Below, in pieces: positions 30,752 through 38,942 of a stretch of DNA of 64,000 nt. The notes under the pieces were generated by a model. The model saw only the letters and a program-made list of their open reading frames with translations. It was not told where the DNA came from and ran no database searches. Location: assembly GCA_040007795.1 (NCBI GenBank), contig JBDTUK010000121.1:756-64755 (forward strand). The letters run 5' to 3'. This stretch comes from Ferruginibacter sp. Lineage in GTDB: Bacteria > Bacteroidota > Bacteroidia > Chitinophagales > Chitinophagaceae. Every line of letters begins with the position of its first letter. Within the stretch, counting starts at the first letter, position 1. A program made the translations under genes and the position numbers.

Positions 30752-31078
30752 ATGAAAAAGATAACCACCAACCAGGAAATATTGCTGCTAAGCAACAGCA
30801 GTTTCTTTAAAAGAGATTGGTGTGAATTGAACAATCGCAGCAACTCCAAAAAGCTTTCTCAAAAAGAACAACTCATTCAGCTTTGCTGGAATGGTATGCT
30901 AAACGAGATGATACCTGAAATATATCAAACAGAACCGGGTAAAAAACCGCTTACCCTTTGGGAGATCAACGAAACCGAAAAACTCCTTGATCTTAGATAT
31001 GGAGACATTGACCAGTTAATAAATGATGAATGGTCTGTTAACCCCTATGTGGTTTTAGAACTGGCGGTGATGAACTGA
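30752..31078 (+). CDS. Hypothetical protein
   Basis: 108-aa ORF, normal composition, no family recognised. Confidence 0.65.
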   Translation: MKKITTNQEILLLSNSSFFKRDWCELNNRSNSKKLSQKEQLIQLCWNGMLNEMIPEIYQTEPGKKPLTLWEINETEKLLDLRYGDIDQLINDEWSVNPYVVLELAVMN

Positions 31079-31139
31079 TGCGCCTATAAATAATCATTAA
31101 TGCTTTTTAAAGCTGACCATCTCTTTTAAATATAATAAC

Positions 31140-31373
31140 CTATTTTTTCAATGGTTTTAGCAAATCTTCAAGTCCGTTGATCTTTATCTCATACAGTGTT
31201 TCCAGCAATACACCCAGCTTTCCTTTTGGGAATCCTTTGCGCTGAAACCATTCCAGGTAGGACACAGGCAAATCACAAAGCAGTCTGTGTTTAAATTTTC
31301 CAAAGGGCATTTTCATAGTAACCAGTTGTATCAGCAGGTTGGGATCGGGTTGATTTGGTTCAATAGATGTCAT
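31140..31373 (-). CDS. DUF3820-family protein
   Basis: MPFGKF...DLPVSYLEWF..KGFP.GKLG...EIKINGL; start moved to 31373. Confidence 0.85.
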   Translation of the reverse strand: MTSIEPNQPDPNLLIQLVTMKMPFGKFKHRLLCDLPVSYLEWFQRKGFPKGKLGVLLETLYEIKINGLEDLLKPLKK

Positions 31374-31572
31374 ACCGCAGCGTTTAAAATAGCAAAGTAA
31401 TAATAACAAGGTTATACACACAATATCCCGATTAATCCACCAATCAATAATAATTGGTAATAATCTTTTTTATTAATCAATGCTTTTATACATTTACTAT
31501 ATATAACTGAATACTAAAACTCAATTTTTAAACTATTTTAAACCATTACAGGTTATTCCATTCTAAATTCGC

Positions 31573-32076
31573 ATGATAACAACTACTATTACTACCCCAT
31601 CCTCGGAAGTTATCAGCCATCACATTTTTGCAAATGTGTTACTGAATAATTCTTCCAATCAAAAATCATTGCACGCTACCGTTAGCTTTGCTCCCGGAGA
31701 TATTATCTGCGATTTTGGCGCAGGTATTACACAGTCGTATGCAACTTACTTAACCGTGCAAACCAGTGCTGACAGGCACATTACGCTGATGCCGGAGTTT
31801 TTGCAATACATTAATCATAGTTGTGAGCCCAATGTTTTTTTTAACACCACTACTATGCAGCTTATGTGCATTACTCCTTTGCAACCAGGGGATGAGCTTA
31901 CATTTTTCTATCCAAGTACTGAATGGGAAATGGCACAACCCTTTGTTTGCAATTGTGGAAGCAGGGAGTGTTTACAATTAATTAATGGTGCTTCACATCT
32001 TTCTGTAGAAACGCTGGCTAAATACCGGTTGACTGATTTTATTAGATCACAGGTAAAACAAACGCTGTCGTTGTAA
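31573..32076 (+). CDS. SET-domain protein (putative lysine/amine N-methyltransferase) with post-SET Cys motif
   Basis: YINHSCEPN, GDELTFFY, CNCGSREC. Confidence 0.9.
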   Translation: MITTTITTPSSEVISHHIFANVLLNNSSNQKSLHATVSFAPGDIICDFGAGITQSYATYLTVQTSADRHITLMPEFLQYINHSCEPNVFFNTTTMQLMCITPLQPGDELTFFYPSTEWEMAQPFVCNCGSRECLQLINGASHLSVETLAKYRLTDFIRSQVKQTLSL

Positions 32077-32091
32077 TACATTTTTCCCTGT

Positions 32092-33249
32092 ATGGCTCCA
32101 TCTAACTCTTTTTTATCCGCTGTACCATTAAACCAGCTATATGTTTGGGTTCTGGCTCCACATTTGGAAACCAATGACCCCAATATTGATTATTACTACG
32201 ATTTTTCTCAAAGCATTGCAGAGTATACAAAGACTTTCAATGAGCTGGATGTAGAGTGGAAATGGCAGCCCGTTACCATAAACAATTACAGGACGGTTAT
32301 AGAAAGTATTGCAAAAAAAAATGAAAAGGATAACAAGATCCACCTTGTCTTTAATCTTTGCGATGGCGATGAAGTGAATGGCACTCCCGGAATATCTGTG
32401 GTTAAGCTCTTGGAAGAAAAAGGGCTCTTGTATACAGGCTCTGATGAATATTTTTATCATATTACCACTTCGAAAATACCCATGAAACAGGCTTTTGATA
32501 CTGCTGGTGTTTGTACTGCGCCATGGGAAGCAATAATGACAAGGGAACAAAATATTAATGATGTTCTCGCCAAATTGGGTTCTCCGGTTATTGTAAAGCC
32601 TTCTGTTTCGGGTGGCAGTATGGGTGTTGGCGTTAGAAATGTTGTATGTACCGTAGAAGACCTGAACAAGCAGGTGCAAAATATGTTTGATGGCTATCGT
32701 GGCTGGCAATTAACCAGCGATGGTATTGTTGCCGAATCTTTTATTAATGGACCGGAATATACTGTATTGATCGTTGGCTCTTATGATAAGCCCGGAAATG
32801 CAAAAATATATGAACCCGTAGAGCGTATATTTCATCCTTCTTTGCCGGATAAAGAAAAGTTTTTAAGCTTCGACAGGCTTTGGGAAATTTATGAAGAAGA
32901 AAAGCCAATGCCTAATGAAGGTAATTTTTATGAATACGAACTTCCGGATGCTGCTTTGATTGATGAGATAAAAAGGATCAGCTGGGAAGCTTATGTTGCT
33001 ACCAAGGGCAAGGGCTATACAAGGGTTGATCTTCGTATGGATAAAGAAACCGGGAAAATTTATGTACTGGAAGTAAATGCACAATGTGGTTTAAGCGAAG
33101 ATGAGGATTATACTTCTATTGGCGCTATATTAAGATTAAGTGGCAAAACATTTACTCAATTAGTTGTAGCCATTATAAATGATGCTTATCAAAGAAAGAA
33201 GGTAACCGCAAAAGCGCTAAAACGCAAGGGTTCGCTGGGTATTTCTTAA
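32092..33249 (+). CDS. D-Ala-D-Ala-ligase-like ATP-grasp enzyme
   Basis: FNLCDG, YTGS, VIVKPSVSGGSMGV, ESFINGPEYTV, GYTRVDLR, LEVN. Confidence 0.85.
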   Translation: MAPSNSFLSAVPLNQLYVWVLAPHLETNDPNIDYYYDFSQSIAEYTKTFNELDVEWKWQPVTINNYRTVIESIAKKNEKDNKIHLVFNLCDGDEVNGTPGISVVKLLEEKGLLYTGSDEYFYHITTSKIPMKQAFDTAGVCTAPWEAIMTREQNINDVLAKLGSPVIVKPSVSGGSMGVGVRNVVCTVEDLNKQVQNMFDGYRGWQLTSDGIVAESFINGPEYTVLIVGSYDKPGNAKIYEPVERIFHPSLPDKEKFLSFDRLWEIYEEEKPMPNEGNFYEYELPDAALIDEIKRISWEAYVATKGKGYTRVDLRMDKETGKIYVLEVNAQCGLSEDEDYTSIGAILRLSGKTFTQLVVAIINDAYQRKKVTAKALKRKGSLGIS

Positions 33250-33273
33250 AAGACCAGCGAAAAAATAATCACT

Positions 33274-34698
33274 ATGAAAGTCTGTGTTCTTCAGCCCGAT
33301 TACTCCACATCTGATGTAGATTATAAAAATTATGACCCTGCCAGGGACCTGAGCCACCTGATACCAAATGCAAGTTTCGATCATATTTTGTTGAATAAAC
33401 TGTCTACCTATAAACAACTTAAAGAGTTAAAGAAAAAGAACTACGACATTTTCGTAAATCTTTGTGAAGGTTACCTGGAATGGAGTATCCCTTCGGTTGA
33501 TGTCATCTATTACATGGAGTTGCTTAATCTTCCTTTTACCGGGCCAACATCTATCTTGTATGATCCCACAAAAGATCTGATGAAATATGTGGCTTATACC
33601 GTAGGTATAAAAACGCCGGCTTTTGCTTTGATCGAGTCTGTTGATATTATTGAGAAAGAATGTGGTCATTTGCAATATCCTTTATTTGTAAAACCAGATA
33701 AAGCCGGAGATAGCCTGGGTATTGATGAAAATTCGTTGGTTCATAATAAAGAAGAGCTCATAAATAAAGCGACGTCAATAATAGATGAATACGGTCCTTT
33801 GTTAGTTGAAGAGTATATTGACGGTAGGGAATTTACCGTAATGGTTGTTGCTAATGATGAAGGAGATTGTTCTGCCTTTAAACCTGTTGAATATATTTTT
33901 CCAAAAGGTTTTCAGTTTAAGACATATACATTAAAAACATCTGAACTTCACCCCGAAGCAAATATCCCTTGCAACGATCCGGTTCTGGAAGAACAATTGA
34001 AAGAAGCGGCATTGCAAATTTTTCAGGGCTTTGGCGGAGTTGGTTATGCCCGGCTAGATTTCAGGGTTAATGATAAAAATGAGTTGTTCTTCCTCGAAAT
34101 AAATTTTACCTGTTCTGTTTTTTATAAAGATGGGTACGAGGGGTCGGCTGATTATATATTAAAATGTGACGGTATTGGCCAGGCCGGTTTTCTCAAAAAA
34201 ATCATTGATGAAGGCATTGGCCGTTATCAACGTAAGCAAAAAAAATACACTATGAAGGGAAATGCAATTGCCGGCTACGGTATTTATGCAACCCAAAATA
34301 TAGGAGCTAAAGAGCTGATCTTTAGAGGAGAAGGAATGGCACAGCCTATTATTACCCGTAATTATGTAGAGCGTTATTGGAATGTTAAGGAAAAGGAAAC
34401 TTTTAGAAAATACGCTTATCCTCTTAGCAAAGAAGTATTTTTGCTGTGGGATAACAATCCGTCCGGCTGGGCTCCTCAAAATCACAGTTGTGATCCGAAC
34501 ACCACTTATGAAGGACTAAATGTAGTAGCCTTAAGGAACATTGAAAAAGGCGAAGAACTAACCCTCAACTACGCAACCTTCCTGGATGAAAACATGGAGC
34601 CTTTTAACTGCCAATGCGGTTCTTCAAATTGTTGTGGCTTAGTTACAGGAATTGTTAATAATTCTGTAACTGAAAGGGAAGGCCTCCGCAGCAATTAA
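33274..34698 (+). CDS. ATP-grasp ligase fused to a C-terminal SET domain
   Basis: YPLFVKP...GDSLGI, EEYIDGREFTV, GYARLDFR, LEIN; then GYGIYAT, QNHSCDPN, GEELTLNY, CQCGSSNC. Confidence 0.9.
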   Translation: MKVCVLQPDYSTSDVDYKNYDPARDLSHLIPNASFDHILLNKLSTYKQLKELKKKNYDIFVNLCEGYLEWSIPSVDVIYYMELLNLPFTGPTSILYDPTKDLMKYVAYTVGIKTPAFALIESVDIIEKECGHLQYPLFVKPDKAGDSLGIDENSLVHNKEELINKATSIIDEYGPLLVEEYIDGREFTVMVVANDEGDCSAFKPVEYIFPKGFQFKTYTLKTSELHPEANIPCNDPVLEEQLKEAALQIFQGFGGVGYARLDFRVNDKNELFFLEINFTCSVFYKDGYEGSADYILKCDGIGQAGFLKKIIDEGIGRYQRKQKKYTMKGNAIAGYGIYATQNIGAKELIFRGEGMAQPIITRNYVERYWNVKEKETFRKYAYPLSKEVFLLWDNNPSGWAPQNHSCDPNTTYEGLNVVALRNIEKGEELTLNYATFLDENMEPFNCQCGSSNCCGLVTGIVNNSVTEREGLRSN

Positions 34699-34797
34699 AC
34701 GTAAAACCGTTTTTCCCGTCTTATTAACCCCGTTACAAATTCAATCAGCCTATTAGGCTTTTTATTTAGATGATTTAAGAATCAAAAGAAAAAAACT

Positions 34798-35736
34798 ATG
34801 TCCAGATTTCAGATTTTACGAAGTTTGATGATGAAGCATAAATATCAGTTGATATTTACTTATTCTCTTTTCTCATTGGAGATGTTGGGGGGCTTATTAC
34901 GCTTTTATTTTTTTGGGGAGGCTATTAACGATCTTATTAAGGGAAGCTACAGGGGGTTAATTGTTTTAACCATCGTTCATCTTATTTATTTAATAATTGG
35001 CACCCTGCGACATATGTATGACACCCGTACCTATACCGCTATTTACACTTCTCTTGTTACAAAATTTTTGAGCCGCAGGTACAATAAAATTGAAGTCTCT
35101 AAATTAAGTGCCCACTCAACGCTTGCCAGGGAGTTTGTTGATTTTTTGGAACATGACCTGGTTTATGTTATTGAGGCGGTGTATAATATTTTGGGCTCTT
35201 TGATCTTATTATTTTTTTATGATAAGACCGTTGTTGGGATTTGCCTGGCAATTTTAGTTCCTGTGATAGTGATCAGTTTTTTGTATGGAAAAAAAATGAG
35301 GCGGCTTAACAAACTTAAAAATGATGAACTGGAAAAGCAGGTAGATATCATTTCTGCCGGAGATAATATAAACATCCGTCATCATTATAATAATTTACGC
35401 AAATGGCAGGTTCGTATTTCGGATAAAGAAGCCTGGAACTTTGGCTTTATGGAAATTATGGTACTTTTGGTAATTGGTGTCTCCCTGATTGTATCTAAAA
35501 ACCTGCACAGCACAACCATTATGGCCGGAAGCTTGTTTGCTATTTACAGTTATATTTTAAAATTTGCATCAGGGCTGGATACTATTCCTTATACACTTCA
35601 GCGTCTTTCTTCTTTGAGTGATATTACCCGGAGGATTGAATTGCAGGTTGAAGATTTTCCGAAAGAGCCTAAAACAGAACCGGCAGGGTTCGTTATTTTC
35701 CCAAAGAATAAGACTGCAGAATTTTCAATACAATAA
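34798..35736 (+). CDS. ABC-transporter-type transmembrane domain protein without ATPase domain
   Basis: Several TM helices; LAREFVDFLE and LNKLKNDELEKQV typical of stand-alone ABC membrane regions; no Walker A/B. Confidence 0.75.
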   Translation: MSRFQILRSLMMKHKYQLIFTYSLFSLEMLGGLLRFYFFGEAINDLIKGSYRGLIVLTIVHLIYLIIGTLRHMYDTRTYTAIYTSLVTKFLSRRYNKIEVSKLSAHSTLAREFVDFLEHDLVYVIEAVYNILGSLILLFFYDKTVVGICLAILVPVIVISFLYGKKMRRLNKLKNDELEKQVDIISAGDNINIRHHYNNLRKWQVRISDKEAWNFGFMEIMVLLVIGVSLIVSKNLHSTTIMAGSLFAIYSYILKFASGLDTIPYTLQRLSSLSDITRRIELQVEDFPKEPKTEPAGFVIFPKNKTAEFSIQ

Positions 35737-35742
35737 TTGCTA

Positions 35743-37689
35743 TTATCTTATTATGACAACCGTTCCTTGTTCAGATCGATTGAATCGGCCCTTGTATGTA
35801 TAAGTAGCACTCCAAACAAAGCTACCCGGGCTGTTTAGTTTCGATTTATAAAAACCATTCCATCTTTCAAAAGGGTCTTTGCTGCCGAACACTAATTCCC
35901 CATACCGGTTATAAACCAGTAAATGATAATTACTGATTGCGGCAATATTTCCAAGCGGTCCAAAATCATCATTCTTTGTATCGCCGTTTGGTGTGAATGC
36001 ATTGGGGAAATAAACTTCACCACAAAAGCCATTTGGTGGTTCTGATATTTGAACTGATGTTATTGCAGAACATCCATTATTATCTGTAACAGTTACAGAA
36101 TAATTTCCTGCAGAAAGATTTACTACGGTAGCTGTGTTTTGTGCAGGTATTGTATTCCAGCTATAAGTATAAGGAGGATTACCCCCCGTAGCCAGTGCTG
36201 TGGCTTTGCCATCGCTTAATCCAAAACAACTGGCGTCTTTGCTATTAATAATACTGATATTAGGTGGCGTTGCGATTGCAATATTTATGCTGATGTTTTC
36301 TTTACATAATTTACTGTCTGTAACGGTAACTATATAATTTCCCGGAGCAAGTCCACTTGCTGTAGCTCCTGTTCCTCCCGAAGGAAACCAGGAGTAGGTA
36401 TAAGGAACTGTGCCACCACTCTCTGTTATAGTTGCCGAACCGGTTGCAACTGCACAGCCGGGTTGAATAATATTTACGCTATGTGTTAATACTGCAGGTT
36501 CCGTTATTATAGCTGTAGCTGTAGTGGTGCAGCTATTCAGCGCATTTACGGTAACCGTATATGTTCCTCCGGCAAGGGCTGTTGCTATTGCTGTAGTTTG
36601 TATTGGTGTAGTATTCCATGAATAAAAAAAGGGTGCAGCAGAAACAGGAATAACATTTACTGATGCAGATCCGTTTTTATCTCCAAAACAATTGTTATTA
36701 GAAATTACCGATGTTGTTAAGCCTAAAATATTTATTGTTTGCGTCGTAGTTGATGGTGCATTAGAAGGGCCTGTGGCAGTTAAAGTAACAGTATACTTTC
36801 CGGGACCTGAAAAAATATGTATTGGATTTTGCAGCGTTGAGCTGTTGTTTGGTATTGATGCAACATCGCCAAAATCCCATGACAATACAGGACAAAGTGC
36901 TGAGGTGTTTGCAAAATTTACCGTTGTGTTATTGGTACAGGAATAAGTAAATGACGCATTATTTGGCGGTGCTTCTGTAATCTTTATATCATCAATAGCA
37001 AAACCATCATAAGCATTACATTGTGTTCCTGCTCCAAATGTAAATCTGAAAATTACATTCGGTATACCTGCTAAATTAGGCATACAATGTTGGGCATTTA
37101 CCCATCTTCCGCTTCCTCCTCCTCCCTGGCAACTTCCCGAAGTGCTCTGTATATTGCCAGACCAGCCATCTCTTACCGATGCTAAAGTTGAAAGATAAGT
37201 AACGGGTGTATAATTAAACCAGTTATCATTTAAGCAATTTACAGGATCTGCTACACCTCCAACATTTGTCCAGGTTGCGCCAAGGTTTGTAGAATATTGA
37301 AAATTTGCGCCGTCAAATCTTCTTTCCATTTCCCAAAAAACACTAAATGATATGTATGGATATTGCAGGCTTGTAAAATCAAAACAGGGGCTTTGTAACC
37401 AGGAAGCCTCCCCATCATTATATTTACTAGCAGTTAATCCACCGATGATCCAACATTTTATACCAGATGCTGCACCTGTAATTACAGGTTTGGCTGGTGT
37501 GCCCCATATCCAATCTGATCCTGTTCCTCCCGGAACCCAGTTTCCGTTGGTTGTTTCAAAATCTTCATTATATGGAAAAACAGAGATAGGAGTAGCGCAT
37601 TGTGCATTGGTTTTTTGAATTATGCAAAATGTAGTTACAATAAAAAAAATAGTTCCTGTAATTCTGTTTAGTAATAATCGCAAATTCAT
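35743..37689 (-). CDS. T9SS cargo with PKD domain, SprB-like repeats and type-B (gliding-motility-associated) CTD
   Basis: WDFGD PKD; YTYSW...L.AG.Y.VTVTD repeats; YFPNAFTPNGD..ND...YNRYG...WNG...G.V.IIR. Confidence 0.9.
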   Translation of the reverse strand: MNLRLLLNRITGTIFFIVTTFCIIQKTNAQCATPISVFPYNEDFETTNGNWVPGGTGSDWIWGTPAKPVITGAASGIKCWIIGGLTASKYNDGEASWLQSPCFDFTSLQYPYISFSVFWEMERRFDGANFQYSTNLGATWTNVGGVADPVNCLNDNWFNYTPVTYLSTLASVRDGWSGNIQSTSGSCQGGGGSGRWVNAQHCMPNLAGIPNVIFRFTFGAGTQCNAYDGFAIDDIKITEAPPNNASFTYSCTNNTTVNFANTSALCPVLSWDFGDVASIPNNSSTLQNPIHIFSGPGKYTVTLTATGPSNAPSTTTQTINILGLTTSVISNNNCFGDKNGSASVNVIPVSAAPFFYSWNTTPIQTTAIATALAGGTYTVTVNALNSCTTTATAIITEPAVLTHSVNIIQPGCAVATGSATITESGGTVPYTYSWFPSGGTGATASGLAPGNYIVTVTDSKLCKENISINIAIATPPNISIINSKDASCFGLSDGKATALATGGNPPYTYSWNTIPAQNTATVVNLSAGNYSVTVTDNNGCSAITSVQISEPPNGFCGEVYFPNAFTPNGDTKNDDFGPLGNIAAISNYHLLVYNRYGELVFGSKDPFERWNGFYKSKLNSPGSFVWSATYTYKGRFNRSEQGTVVIIR

Positions 37690-37795
37690 TAATTAAGCCT
37701 GCAAAAATACTTTAAATAATCCTGCATACGTACAGATTATACAATTGTGTATATTGTTGCTTTTAGGAACCTTTTTTTACAACCAGGGAAAGTGC

Positions 37796-38170
37796 TTATT
37801 CTTCGTTTCTCTTTACAACCAAAAACCAATTATTCTTCAACGGCAAATATCCATACTCATAACAAAAATGATATACATTTCCTTTTTGATTGGTATAGGT
37901 ATGTGTCATATATTTAAATTGAAACCCCAGTTGAAGCAATTTGTCCCGGTTTGCTTTACGCATCTGTTCTCCTTCATGCAACAGGCCTTCCAGAATACGC
38001 CTGTTTTTACCCAGGGCATTATTTACATTCCTGATAAAATTATTGGAGGCGCTTTTAAGGTCATTATTATAGGCGGCACGGCAATAATCGTCGCAAAATT
38101 TTTTATCGCTTCGGCCTTTCAGCACTTTATCGCAAAGCAGGCAGGTTTTATCTTCTTTTTGCTTTAACAT
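37796..38170 (-). CDS. Zn-ribbon protein (DUF2116-like)
   Basis: CLLC...GRSDKKFCDDYCR...NRRIL...FCYEYGY. Confidence 0.8.
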   Translation of the reverse strand: MLKQKEDKTCLLCDKVLKGRSDKKFCDDYCRAAYNNDLKSASNNFIRNVNNALGKNRRILEGLLHEGEQMRKANRDKLLQLGFQFKYMTHTYTNQKGNVYHFCYEYGYLPLKNNWFLVVKRNEE

Positions 38171-38378
38171 ATTACTGGGTTGAGTTTAGCTCTAATTGGT
38201 GTTTTTGTATTCTTCACATCCGATTACAAACGCTTATATAGGTAAGTAAAAGGATAATCTCCGGCTATAGCCTTTCTGTCATCGCATATTTGTTTGTCAG
38301 CCGGAAATGATGTTTGTCCCGGTTGATTGAAATAAATTAATAATCGCCTCGCCTAAGACGAGACACAAATTTTAAAAT

Positions 38379-38723
38379 ATGTACGCATTAAAAAACAAAG
38401 TTCAACTCATTGGTAACCTGGGCAACGCCCCCGAAATTAAAAACACTCAAAGCGGAAAAAAACTGGCCCGCTTCACTATCGCCACAAACGAGGTGTACCG
38501 TAATGCCAAAGGTGAAAAAGTTAAAGAAACAACATGGCACAACCTTGTAGCCTGGGGCAAAATCGCCGACATTGTTGAAAAGTATTTAAACAAAGGAAGC
38601 GAGGTAGCCATAGAGGGCAAACTAATTAGCCGCAGCTATACAGACAAGGAGGGCATTAAGAAATCCATTACCGAAGTAGAGGTAAATGAATTACTCATGC
38701 TGGGTAGTAAGGCCACTGCTTAA
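38379..38723 (+). CDS. ssb: Single-stranded DNA-binding protein (short form lacking acidic tail)
   Basis: NKVQLIGNLG, TWHNLVAWG, KGSEVAIEGKL. Confidence 0.9.
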   Translation: MYALKNKVQLIGNLGNAPEIKNTQSGKKLARFTIATNEVYRNAKGEKVKETTWHNLVAWGKIADIVEKYLNKGSEVAIEGKLISRSYTDKEGIKKSITEVEVNELLMLGSKATA

Positions 38724-38942
38724 TTTTCCCTGATAAGATAGATTAGATTTCACATCGGAAATATTGTGAAAACTTTCTATCTTTTTTTTATTCCTGTAAC
38801 GGAAAACAATGATATAAAAAACCGGATTAGTCACAAACGGAAAAAAAACAGTTTTTAGTGAGAAAAAAACACTGACTGAAAGTCGGACTGGCATGCCTAT
38901 TTAAATGGCCTGGTTTCTTATTATCCTCTTATCTTTATTGTA

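Noticed and set aside
31374-31572. Possible RiPP precursor peptide upstream of the SET/ATP-grasp cluster
   Set aside because: No convincing small ORF seen, and the ligases look Ddl-like rather than RimK/graspetide-like.
30596-37689. tRNA-Phe-anchored genomic island carrying the SET/ATP-grasp cluster
   Set aside because: No integrase and no duplicated tRNA 3' end were seen, and the tRNA has its own terminator.
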